Positions 39,569-48,563 of a stretch of DNA of 64,000 bases are shown here, in pieces. The position numbers were made by a program, and so were the translations under genes. This DNA is from a virus (taxonomy: Duplodnaviria; Caudoviricetes). The stretch is taken from the IMG/VR virus record IMGVR_UViG_3300024259_001623. One strand, given 5' to 3'. Positions within the stretch are counted from its first letter, which is position 1, and the number at the start of each line of letters is the position of its first letter. A model generated the notes under the pieces. That model saw nothing but the letters and a program-made list of their open reading frames with translations. It was not told where the DNA came from and did not search any database.

Positions 39569-42190
39569 TCAACCGCATTTGCTGTGCCCGCAATCTTGAC
39601 AAGTTATACAACCTTCGCTGCGGACAAGATTATTACCATTACAACTATTACACACTTCACCTGTCACTTTCGTGCCATTCTTAATATATTTTTTCAAAGC
39701 TCTTGCAACAGCCTTGCTAAACGACCACATATCGCCAGTAGCTTTTTCTAATTGATGAACAACATATGCGATATCAATTCCATGTCTTAAAGATATAGAA
39801 GACAACCTAGTCAAAGAATCTTCAAATTCTGTTGTATTGTCTAAAATATTTTCTATACATACATCAGCCCCTTCAACCTCTACCTTATATTTTCCTCTCT
39901 TGACTTTTGTAATCTTACCCTCAGTATACTTCTTATGAAGAATACCATTTTCAACAACAAAAACTTCATAAGGAACATTATTCAATAATCCAACTATTAC
40001 TAAGTAATCAAAAGTTCTTGGCTTATCCAATTTTTTAGTAACTTTAATATGATGGATCTTGCACTTTAAAGTCTTAGGTCTTTTAGGAGCATGTTTATTA
40101 GAATTAATGCATGTAACATTATCTCTTTCGTTACTGCCTTCTCCAATCATAACGCCTAGTCTACAATTATCTCTGTAGACAGTAACTCCCTTACATCCAC
40201 TCTTCCATGCTGTTTTATATATATTTGCAACAGTTTCGACTGGAACATCATTAGGGAGATTGACAGTAGACGAGATTGAATGGTCTATATGAGACTGGGC
40301 TTTTCCTTGAAGCTGAATTCTTTGTGTCCAATCCAATTCATTTGCAGACGCTCCAAACCAAGGAGAATCTTCTTCTTTCTTTTGACCTGTAATTTCTCTC
40401 CACATATCAAACTTATTGTGATGAACTTCAAAATGTTGCCACGCATCTCCATTATCGTCTACCATATCTACTCTTACGTTCTTATCATTTGGATTAACCT
40501 TTTTTCTTCTAGTATAAGACAAACGGAAAACTGGTTCAATACCAGAAGTAGTTTGAGTCAAAAGCGATAACGACCCGGTTGGAGCAGAAGTCAACAAAGC
40601 AATATTCCTTCTTCCCCATTTAATCATATCTTCGATCAGATCAGAACCAGAAATTTCCAAACCTTCGCAAAGAGTTATATTTTCTTTTTTAATTCTATTC
40701 AAGAAGGGATTATCTTTTTCTAATTCCCAATCCCAAACCTCAAAGCTCCCTATCTCCTTAGACATATCAATAGAAGCTCTGTAACAGCCAAATTTCAGCG
40801 TCTGGTAGACTTTATCAACAAACTCTAGGGATTCATCGCTACCATATCTAATTCCCACAGCAGCCATCGTGTCTCCGATAGCAGTAAGACCAGTTCCGGT
40901 TCTTCTTCCCTTAACGCATGCTTCTAGTATTTTCTCCCATAAAGAAAGCTCTCTGAACTTGATATGGTCTGGTTCTGGATCAGACTTAACCTTGGCAATA
41001 ATATCATGAATTGCTTCTTCTTCTAGATCAATTAAATCATCCATTAATCTTTGTGCAATTTGAGCATGATTATAAAAATCTTCAAAATCAAAATATGCTT
41101 CTTCAGTAAAAGGATTCTTTACAAAACCAAAAAGATTAAGAGACAATAATCTACAACTGTCATATGGACTCAGTGGAATCTCGCCACAAGGATTGGTGGT
41201 TACTGTTCTAAAGCCAAAATCGGCATAACAATCAGCAGGAGATTCTCTTAAAATTGTATCCCAAAACAGAAGACCTGGCTCCGCAGTTCTCCATGCACTA
41301 TGGATAATCTTCTCCCAAGCCTTTTTAGCATCAACTTTTCTAGAGAACTGTTTTTCTCCTTCCAAGGGCCAACGCTGTTCAAACTTCTTGCCCTTCTCAA
41401 CTGCTTCCAAAAATTCATCTGTTAATTGTATAGATATGTTTGCACCTGTAACTTTTGTCTTATCATATTTACATGTTGCAAAATCTATTTTATTGGGATT
41501 ATAGAATTTAGAAGATATATTGAAATTACCAATATCTTTATCTTTAATTTCGACTGTGAAAGGTTTTCCATCTATTTCATCATCCCAAGGCGTCACAGAT
41601 TCGGGATGATGGATACTCATACAGAGCATTTCGGCACCACGCCTACCACCCTGCCCAACCTCTCTAATTGTATTGGAAAAACGTGAAGCAAACGGTATAA
41701 TCCCAGTAGACGTTTTTGAAGCGTTATGGGTTTTAGAGCCAGCAGGTCTTAAATTAGATAAATTGGTTCCTACTCCACCACGCCTTTTACTAATTTGTGC
41801 CAATTCTTCATCTGTGGCGCAAACGCCTGCATAAGAGTCTTCTGGTGATGCAATTGCGAAACAATTACTGATACTAATATTTTGAAATTTATTTCCTATA
41901 CCAGCCATAGGACTTCCGCCAGGAGATATTTTTCTAAAATGATCTAAAACATCAAATATCTCTTTTTCTGTCAAAGGCTTAATATTCGTTCCTTTATACT
42001 TCTTTTTTTCAACTCTTGCAAACTCTTTAGCTATCCTAGTATGCATGTCTTTTGGTGTTTCTTCTATCAATTCATCGTTTTCATTTCTCAACGCATATTT
42101 ATCTAAAAAAACCTTAGCAGCAAGTTTATCTCCATTAAAATATTTTATTGATTCTTCAAGTGCATCTTTATAAGAAAATGTTTTAATCAT
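39569..42190 (-). CDS. nrdJ: Class II (B12-dependent) ribonucleotide reductase
   Basis: ISNCF, RRGGVG, TNPCGEI, RRTGTG, SAPTGS motifs. C-terminal TSCPD-like domain and Zn ribbon. No radical-forming nrdB gene nearby. Confidence 0.9.
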   Translation of the reverse strand: MIKTFSYKDALEESIKYFNGDKLAAKVFLDKYALRNENDELIEETPKDMHTRIAKEFARVEKKKYKGTNIKPLTEKEIFDVLDHFRKISPGGSPMAGIGNKFQNISISNCFAIASPEDSYAGVCATDEELAQISKRRGGVGTNLSNLRPAGSKTHNASKTSTGIIPFASRFSNTIREVGQGGRRGAEMLCMSIHHPESVTPWDDEIDGKPFTVEIKDKDIGNFNISSKFYNPNKIDFATCKYDKTKVTGANISIQLTDEFLEAVEKGKKFEQRWPLEGEKQFSRKVDAKKAWEKIIHSAWRTAEPGLLFWDTILRESPADCYADFGFRTVTTNPCGEIPLSPYDSCRLLSLNLFGFVKNPFTEEAYFDFEDFYNHAQIAQRLMDDLIDLEEEAIHDIIAKVKSDPEPDHIKFRELSLWEKILEACVKGRRTGTGLTAIGDTMAAVGIRYGSDESLEFVDKVYQTLKFGCYRASIDMSKEIGSFEVWDWELEKDNPFLNRIKKENITLCEGLEISGSDLIEDMIKWGRRNIALLTSAPTGSLSLLTQTTSGIEPVFRLSYTRRKKVNPNDKNVRVDMVDDNGDAWQHFEVHHNKFDMWREITGQKKEEDSPWFGASANELDWTQRIQLQGKAQSHIDHSISSTVNLPNDVPVETVANIYKTAWKSGCKGVTVYRDNCRLGVMIGEGSNERDNVTCINSNKHAPKRPKTLKCKIHHIKVTKKLDKPRTFDYLVIVGLLNNVPYEVFVVENGILHKKYTEGKITKVKRGKYKVEVEGADVCIENILDNTTEFEDSLTRLSSISLRHGIDIAYVVHQLEKATGDMWSFSKAVARALKKYIKNGTKVTGEVCNSCNGNNLVRSEGCITCQDCGHSKCG

Positions 42191-42234
42191 TCCGTTTTAA
42201 CTCCTGGTTTCATATTAAAGAACTGTTTCGTATC

Positions 42235-42261
42235 ATGCTATACAAATAGACAAAAATCTTT
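42235..42261 (-). promoter_or_regulatory. Candidate phage promoter (AAAGA-N16-TAGCAT) upstream of nrdJ
   Basis: Variant of the recurring AAAGG-N16 motif. Confidence 0.35.
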
Positions 42262-42297
42262 CCTTCTTGTCCTATTTTAAAATCTTTTTAGAGACTT

Positions 42298-44748
42298 TTA
42301 TCTTCGTCTTCTAAAAGCTCTTGGCACTGCACTCTCTGTGCCAAATCCCATTGGATCAGAAGAACCTTCTGACAAATTTGTAAAATCTTTACTTTTTATT
42401 TCATCTAGCGCTTTATAAAAATGATCAGAATTTAAAATAGCAATATCGTTGTCATCTGTATCTCCTGACTGTATAGCTAAAAACACTGCTGTTATGCATA
42501 AATCTTTAATATAAGCTCCACTCATCTCTTCCTTATCTTCATCAATTTCGGCAGCTATACCCTCAAAATCCACATCCTTATGGACTTGGAATTTTTCTGT
42601 GAACTTTTTCAACATTTTTGCAACTTGCTTAGAATTCGGGTTATCAATATTAATAATCCTATCAAATCTGCCTGGTCTATTCTTAATAGCATTCTCAACT
42701 TTTTCTGCCAAATTAGTTGTAGCCACAGTCACAACGCTTTTAAAACTTTCTATACCATCCATTTTGTTCATTAAATCAATAACAAACCAATCATTTCCAT
42801 CTCCGCGATCCTGTGCTATATAATCAATATCTTCCAATATTAACAATGTAGGAGCTAAGTCTTTCGCCATGTCGCAAATCTTTGCCACATCTCCTTGGTT
42901 TCGTATATGAGAAGGCAAAACATATAAAACTGTAACTGACAATTCTTTAGCTAAAACCTTGCAGATCATGGTATTATGAGTTATAATATAATTATTAGTT
43001 ATATATAAATGATCTTCACTTTCAAGTAATATACACTGAGACTGTTCTTTCCCTTTAAGATTTATAGAAGACAAAATCCTTACTGTCAAATATTTTGTGC
43101 GTTCTTTTACTTTATTTATTTTTCTCTTTAAACGGAAAAGCCTATATGCATCTTTTATGCTAATCCTTACACTAAAACTATTTAATCCGTTTTTTATTTC
43201 TCCGTTATACGAATACTTTACATTCTTTTTCTCCTTAATCGTGGCGATGCCGCCCAAAGATTGCACAATCTCCTTAACTCCTTCAGCAAGACACTTCGAA
43301 GTCGTATAAAAAACTGGCATTCCTGTTTTTTCGACACTTCCATCAGAATCCATTAACCCTTGTAAGATAGATATCCTACGATCAACTGAATTATAAATAT
43401 AATCTTTTGGAATAAATTTATCTTGACTTTTTACTTTCCAAAGACCTAGATCTTTTATCTTTTTAACCAGAGAGTTAGACTTTCCCCTACTACCAGAAGA
43501 AATCCTAAAATCATAATCGCTAATTTCGCTTAGTGACAAATTATCCACAGAAACTAAATCGCTAATTATACTTAGTATCTCACTATCAGCAGTAGAAAAA
43601 TTCAGCCCATTAGAACAAAAACATCCATCTCCCAATAAAAACCCTAACAAATAAGGATCAATAGAAATTTTTCTTTTTTCAAAAGAAACGGGTTCTGGCA
43701 CCCTAATTCTAATATTCCTATATTCTCCAACTCTAACTCTATCTATTAAGTATTTTGTATCTACAATTTTAGGACTACCACCGGAAGACTTATCACTAAC
43801 CTCCCAAAGATGGTCAATACAGCATTCGACTTCATCTCCATTTTTAAATTTAAGCGTATATATTTCCTTTTCTCCCTGTGGATATACTCCTACAACCTTA
43901 GAACTTCCACCTGAAGCATTACAAACCATGTCTCCAATTTTTATCTCACCCATTGTTTTAATACCGTCTGGTGTATAAACAAAAGAACTTAGAGGTTGAG
44001 CTTTCCCCGTTCCGGGAGGCCCCGTCAATATAATTCCTCTTTTAAGATTGATTCCATTCTTTTCCAAGATGTCAGCTTTGTCAAATAGATCTTTGACATT
44101 TCTTTGTATAACATCCTTGGCTTCTTTAGATATAATTATATCTTCCCAACATATATTTTCATCCAAATCCAAAAAAGCACAGTCTGGATTTATACTTTGA
44201 CCTTTATAGAAATTATTCTCAATTGAGTAGGTTTTCCAATCCTCAAACACATCTTTAACACAACTTGAGAATACATCAAAATAATAAAAACCATCATAGG
44301 CGTCTTTTGTTATCTTTACGCATACTCTGTCTTTAGCAGTTTTATTTTCAAAAAACAAAAATGCATTTAAATATCCATCTACGAACTTACCCTTTTCATA
44401 TTCAATTTGATATTTTTTAGCCTTAGTTATGAACTCTCCATCATGAATACTAAAAGATCTAACAAAACTAAATCCAATAGTCTCAAAGAAATCTTTCATA
44501 GCAAATTGCATGATATTATTTACATAACTAGGAATCCCTGAAGTAAAAGTAGAAAAGTCTTTTTTATTAAAAAAGTCTTTTATAACAAGATCTTCTAGAA
44601 CATTATTATAAGAAGCCTTATTGAATTGATCTAAATTGCATTCTGCCAATTTAGTTGTTTTATCTTCTGGACTAAGATTTCTACTTTCTGAACTGTACGC
44701 TTTCTCGATTGAACTAATTGAACTAATTGAACTAATTGTTTTTTTCAT
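42298..44748 (-). CDS. AAA+ ATPase (FtsH/Cdc48-like module) with an intein
   Basis: RGIILTGPPGTGK/(intein)/TMICK, LLILEDID, TTN, RPGRFD. Confidence 0.9.
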   Translation of the reverse strand: MKKTISSISSISSIEKAYSSESRNLSPEDKTTKLAECNLDQFNKASYNNVLEDLVIKDFFNKKDFSTFTSGIPSYVNNIMQFAMKDFFETIGFSFVRSFSIHDGEFITKAKKYQIEYEKGKFVDGYLNAFLFFENKTAKDRVCVKITKDAYDGFYYFDVFSSCVKDVFEDWKTYSIENNFYKGQSINPDCAFLDLDENICWEDIIISKEAKDVIQRNVKDLFDKADILEKNGINLKRGIILTGPPGTGKAQPLSSFVYTPDGIKTMGEIKIGDMVCNASGGSSKVVGVYPQGEKEIYTLKFKNGDEVECCIDHLWEVSDKSSGGSPKIVDTKYLIDRVRVGEYRNIRIRVPEPVSFEKRKISIDPYLLGFLLGDGCFCSNGLNFSTADSEILSIISDLVSVDNLSLSEISDYDFRISSGSRGKSNSLVKKIKDLGLWKVKSQDKFIPKDYIYNSVDRRISILQGLMDSDGSVEKTGMPVFYTTSKCLAEGVKEIVQSLGGIATIKEKKNVKYSYNGEIKNGLNSFSVRISIKDAYRLFRLKRKINKVKERTKYLTVRILSSINLKGKEQSQCILLESEDHLYITNNYIITHNTMICKVLAKELSVTVLYVLPSHIRNQGDVAKICDMAKDLAPTLLILEDIDYIAQDRGDGNDWFVIDLMNKMDGIESFKSVVTVATTNLAEKVENAIKNRPGRFDRIINIDNPNSKQVAKMLKKFTEKFQVHKDVDFEGIAAEIDEDKEEMSGAYIKDLCITAVFLAIQSGDTDDNDIAILNSDHFYKALDEIKSKDFTNLSEGSSDPMGFGTESAVPRAFRRRR
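42973..44001 (-). mobile_element. Class 3 intein with LAGLIDADG endonuclease in the Walker A motif (343 aa)
   Basis: Begins with Ala (GK/AQPL) and ends THN/T. WCT signature: CIDHLW, QCI and ITHN. LAGLIDADG motifs LLGFLLGDG and LQGLMDSDG. Confidence 0.9.
44708..44738 (-). repeat. 9-bp tandem repeat x3 encoding ISSISSISS
   Basis: attgaacta x3 plus attg on the plus strand. Confidence 0.9.
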
Positions 44749-44775
44749 ATTTACCTTTCTTCGTTTACCCTTCTT

Positions 44776-45465
44776 CTATTGAAATAATTTTTTTACGAAA
44801 TATTCTCTTCCTTTAGAGAATTTTTCTATATCGAACATCTCAAACGCTTCATCTAGAGTTATTGTATTTCTAAAAACGTCACTCTGTGAACAAGAAACCA
44901 GAATTCTAGATTTGTCCGCTTTCTTCATCCACCTTAGTCCTTTTTCACAAGCCTTTAATGTATGAGTCTTATGATCCTTATTAACACCATAAAAATCAGT
45001 TTTACCTTCCCTATAAGAACAAGTGCATCCCATCAAAATAATCGGATCACAACCTAAAACATGAGCCAATTGATAAGCAAGAGGACCAGAACTTCCTCTG
45101 CCTGCCAAGACAGAAGGATTATTAGTCAACTTATAATCACCATATAAAAGCTTATAATGATATGCCATTTTCCTAGGATCAGAAACATCTCTCGAAAACA
45201 ATATAGATTCTAATTTCGACAATCTCTTTCTACAGTCATAGTATAATTCTATATCTTGCCACAGTAGTATAGTTGGGTCTAATCTGAAAAATGCTCTGTT
45301 AATTCCTATAGTAAAGCAATCCTTCAATTTATAAACTGGGTAATCATCCAAATGAGGAGCATTGCCTAAAATAAAACAAGGTACTCCATTGAGTTTATTT
45401 TTCCAATTTCGTACCTTGTTTCGATCTTTAATTAACGAATGTCTTAGTTTTCTATATATAGCCAT
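44776..45465 (-). CDS. DUF115/Maf-like (GT-like) protein
   Basis: CFILGNAPHL, TIGINRA, LAHVLGCDPIILMGC. Confidence 0.65.
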   Translation of the reverse strand: MAIYRKLRHSLIKDRNKVRNWKNKLNGVPCFILGNAPHLDDYPVYKLKDCFTIGINRAFFRLDPTILLWQDIELYYDCRKRLSKLESILFSRDVSDPRKMAYHYKLLYGDYKLTNNPSVLAGRGSSGPLAYQLAHVLGCDPIILMGCTCSYREGKTDFYGVNKDHKTHTLKACEKGLRWMKKADKSRILVSCSQSDVFRNTITLDEAFEMFDIEKFSKGREYFVKKLFQ

Positions 45466-46095
45466 TTACATACCAGTTCCAGCGCTCTCCATATTATCCC
45501 GTTTATCGGCTTTTATAAACTTATCCCATGATTCTGGTCTATCTCTTCTATTCAAGAAAGAAAACAAAGGACTCCACGTAGGCTGTCTAGGTTCTCTCAA
45601 TAATGTTAAGCCAGCTTCTTTAGGAGTTCTATCTCCCTTTTTAAGATTAGTACTTGAGCAACAAATAACTAGATTATCCCAAGTATTCTGACCGCCTTTA
45701 GACCTTGGTATAATATGGTCTAAAGTAGAATCTTTAGATGATACTCTCTTACCAGTATACTGACAAGTAAAATTATCTCTTATCAATAAGTTTCTTCTGG
45801 TCAATTTAATATCAGTCCTAGGCACCTTATTGTACTTACTGCATATAATGACTTCTGGCTTTCTAACGCTAAAAGTCTTTGATTTAATTAGTTCAAAACT
45901 TACCAAATGGGTTTTATCATTAGGAATAGAAAATTCGTCTACCCACTCTTCCCAATCAAAAATACTGTAATCATCTGGATTAACAAATTTTGCTCTTTCA
46001 TTAAAAATCTTTCCCATAGAATCTCTTAAAGACTGTATTCTAACTGGTACCCAATTCTTATTCAAAACTAATACTGGACTTTCTAATACTCCCAT
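45466..46095 (-). CDS. HNH endonuclease (McrA-like)
   Basis: VLVLN...IRDNFTCQY...TLDHIIPRSKGGQNTWDNLV...N..KGDRTP. Confidence 0.9.
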   Translation of the reverse strand: MGVLESPVLVLNKNWVPVRIQSLRDSMGKIFNERAKFVNPDDYSIFDWEEWVDEFSIPNDKTHLVSFELIKSKTFSVRKPEVIICSKYNKVPRTDIKLTRRNLLIRDNFTCQYTGKRVSSKDSTLDHIIPRSKGGQNTWDNLVICCSSTNLKKGDRTPKEAGLTLLREPRQPTWSPLFSFLNRRDRPESWDKFIKADKRDNMESAGTGM

Positions 46096-46108
46096 CTTAC
46101 TTCCCTTT

Positions 46109-46630
46109 CTAAGTTTCTATATTTACCTTTCTCTTTAAAGCTCTCATAAATATTTCATCAGTATCTATAAAATATATATTAATCCGGCTATTATATTCTT
46201 GTGCTATATTTATCATAGCAGCAGCAACTGAATCTTTTACAAGACCTCCATATCCTGATCCAAGTCCAGTAAAAGCTATAGATGTCATTTTATCTTTTAC
46301 AGACATATCCAAAATATTTGTCATACATGCAGATATAGTATGTAAACTTGTGCGACCATTCGGTGTAAACATTATAACTGCATGATATATTTTTTTGATT
46401 CCTTTTTTCTTCAACTTACAAGCGTCAGTGGAATAACAATCACCTTCGCTTAACTTATGCATTTTGCAAAAAGTTTTTGTCTGATCTACTATCTTATCGC
46501 CAGCAGATTTTTTTATTGCTCCGGAAACGCCGCCATTCATAATTCCCATGCTATTAGAGGAATTAACTATGGCATCCAACTCATCATCTTTTTTAACGTC
46601 AGTGATGTCGCCGATGCGGAATAGAATCAT
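46109..46630 (-). CDS. Macrodomain (ADP-ribose binding/hydrolase family)
   Basis: GDIT...DAIVNSSN...GGVSGAI...IYHAV...SIAFTGLGSGYGG. Confidence 0.88.
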   Translation of the reverse strand: MILFRIGDITDVKKDDELDAIVNSSNSMGIMNGGVSGAIKKSAGDKIVDQTKTFCKMHKLSEGDCYSTDACKLKKKGIKKIYHAVIMFTPNGRTSLHTISACMTNILDMSVKDKMTSIAFTGLGSGYGGLVKDSVAAAMINIAQEYNSRINIYFIDTDEIFMRALKRKVNIET

Positions 46631-46661
46631 TTTCTACCTTCCTGTTATACATCTTTATAGT

Positions 46662-46690
46662 ATTATAGAATAATATTCAACAAAATGCAA
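46662..46690 (-). promoter_or_regulatory. sigma70-type promoter TTGCAT-N17-TATAAT
   Basis: Exact 17-nt spacer, upstream of the macrodomain-HNH-DUF115-AAA genes. Confidence 0.8.
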
Positions 46691-46698
46691 TTATTCTT

Positions 46699-47520
46699 TT
46701 AAAAAACCGGGTTCTTATCATTACATGATGCGATTATAGAAATAATATTTTCTCCGAAATACTCTGGATTTTTATTTATTTTATTTTTCAACCGCTTCAG
46801 AACATCTTTATGAATTTGACTAATCCTTGATTCTGACATATCTACCTTTTTAGATATCTCTCTCATTGTCATATTTTCATAATAGTAATAATAAACAATT
46901 TTTCTTTCTATGTTTTTAAAGTCTCTCCCCATCAATTTGCCTAAGAACTCTTTTCTTATTAATTTTGAATCTGGAGAAGAAATGTTTTTAGATACTAAAT
47001 ATTTATTGAAATCTTTTTTGTTTTCGTTTTCTTTTTCTAAAACAACATTTGAATCGATACTGGAAAAAATAACTGGATTAAACTTTTTATTATTTTTTAT
47101 ATAATCCTCTTCTGAAATATCTAACTCTGATATGACTTCAGAATCTGTTACTGCATCACATTTTTCAGATTCCATCTTCTCTCTCATCTTTTCAATCTTA
47201 GTTTGCCTCATTCTAACACTTCTCGGAACCCAATCATCAGAACGCAAACCATCTATAATAGACCCTCTTATCCGTAATGTTGCATATGTCTCAAATTTTA
47301 TTTTTCTTTCTAATTCAAATCTGTCTATAGCCTTATACAATCCATCAAACCCATGAGATGCCAATTCCTCCTCAGAAACCCTCCTATTAATTTTGTTACA
47401 AACTTTTCTAGCGATCTTCTTTACCAATACATAATAATGCTTTATTAATTGATTTCTTAATTCTCCATCATTACTAAGCTTAAATTCTTCCCAAACCTTC
47501 TGCAATTCTAAATTATTCAT
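46699..47520 (-). CDS. FliA/WhiG (sigma-28)-like sigma factor
   Basis: GFDGLYKAIDRF...KFETYATLRIRGSIIDGLRSDDWVPRSVR, and region 4 MTMREISKKVDMSESRISQIH. Confidence 0.9.
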   Translation of the reverse strand: MNNLELQKVWEEFKLSNDGELRNQLIKHYYVLVKKIARKVCNKINRRVSEEELASHGFDGLYKAIDRFELERKIKFETYATLRIRGSIIDGLRSDDWVPRSVRMRQTKIEKMREKMESEKCDAVTDSEVISELDISEEDYIKNNKKFNPVIFSSIDSNVVLEKENENKKDFNKYLVSKNISSPDSKLIRKEFLGKLMGRDFKNIERKIVYYYYYENMTMREISKKVDMSESRISQIHKDVLKRLKNKINKNPEYFGENIISIIASCNDKNPVF

Positions 47521-47654
47521 AAACTATCCTCAAAAAACTGATATAATACCTTTTATACTCCTAAAATCTTTCACTTTTAAAATAAGAAATTAGAATGCTC
47601 TATTAAGATTATAGAAAATTAAATCGAAATAATCAAATTAAATCTATTTTATAA

Positions 47655-47683
47655 TTGCAAGTTATCCCAATACAGCATATAAT
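47655..47683 (+). promoter_or_regulatory. sigma70-type promoter TTGCAA-N17-TATAAT
   Basis: Exact 17-nt spacer, upstream of ORF 47711. Confidence 0.8.
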
Positions 47684-47710
47684 CTTAAAAGCGAGATTTA
47701 AGGATAAACA

Positions 47711-48250
47711 ATGAATAATACACTTTTAGTTAATACAGACACACAAAAATGCTTTATGTCTAAAAATAGTTTTTTATATAAAAAAGATTCTGAAAAAATA
47801 ATTCCGCATCTGAAACAAATCACTCATATTGCTGCCTCAAATGATATACCTACGATCCACACACTAAATAATGATGTAAAATCACCCTATAATGAGAAAG
47901 ATTTTATAAATGAAACAAATCCATTTGGACATGGAGTAATATCTATAGATGACGGACAAAACAACGATATTCCTTCAATTCTGTCTTCTTTAAATAACAA
48001 TGATTTCTCGAATATTATTATTATAAAAAATAATTATGATATAATCTCTGGGAATCGCAATTCTAAAACTATTTTAGACAATTTCAAAAAATATAAAATT
48101 ATCGTGTATGGCCTTCAAACTGAAGAAATAGCAACATACCTATCTATAAATAATTTTGATGTTTGTATAATTGTTGAAGCAACACATAGTCTAAACATCA
48201 ATAAATGGAAAAACTCTAATATAAAGTTTATTTCTATAAAAAATATTTGA
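47711..48250 (+). CDS. Degenerate isochorismatase/nicotinamidase-fold protein
   Basis: LLVNTDTQKCFM resembles the family N-terminus. IIVYGLQTEEI sits where G-x-x-T-D-x-C normally is, so the catalytic Cys is missing. Confidence 0.55.
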   Translation: MNNTLLVNTDTQKCFMSKNSFLYKKDSEKIIPHLKQITHIAASNDIPTIHTLNNDVKSPYNEKDFINETNPFGHGVISIDDGQNNDIPSILSSLNNNDFSNIIIIKNNYDIISGNRNSKTILDNFKKYKIIVYGLQTEEIATYLSINNFDVCIIVEATHSLNINKWKNSNIKFISIKNI

Positions 48251-48254
48251 TAGA

Positions 48255-48563
48255 CTATCTTTGCCTTCTCTGTCCAGTTATGACTTCCCATTTAGATAAT
48301 CTACGTGGTTTATTGGCCTCTGCAAATAGTTTTGCATACTTATCTTTAGATAAAAACTTTTGCACTATAACTGGATGCTCTTTTAGGTCATCTATCAAAT
48401 CGTTTTCTTTCAAGCTCTTATAAACATTAAAAACTATTTTATCCATGCCAACAGAAGGATCAGATAAGGCATTATTTATTTTAACAATAACGTTCTTAGC
48501 CCATTCATCTGCTTTTTCTTTCAATTTTATTTCTTTTTCTTTATCCATTTGTAATCCTTCCAT
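48255..48563 (-). CDS. Hypothetical protein
   Basis: About 100-aa ORF; the start may be MDKEKE. Confidence 0.55.
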   Translation of the reverse strand: MEGLQMDKEKEIKLKEKADEWAKNVIVKINNALSDPSVGMDKIVFNVYKSLKENDLIDDLKEHPVIVQKFLSKDKYAKLFAEANKPRRLSKWEVITGQRRQR

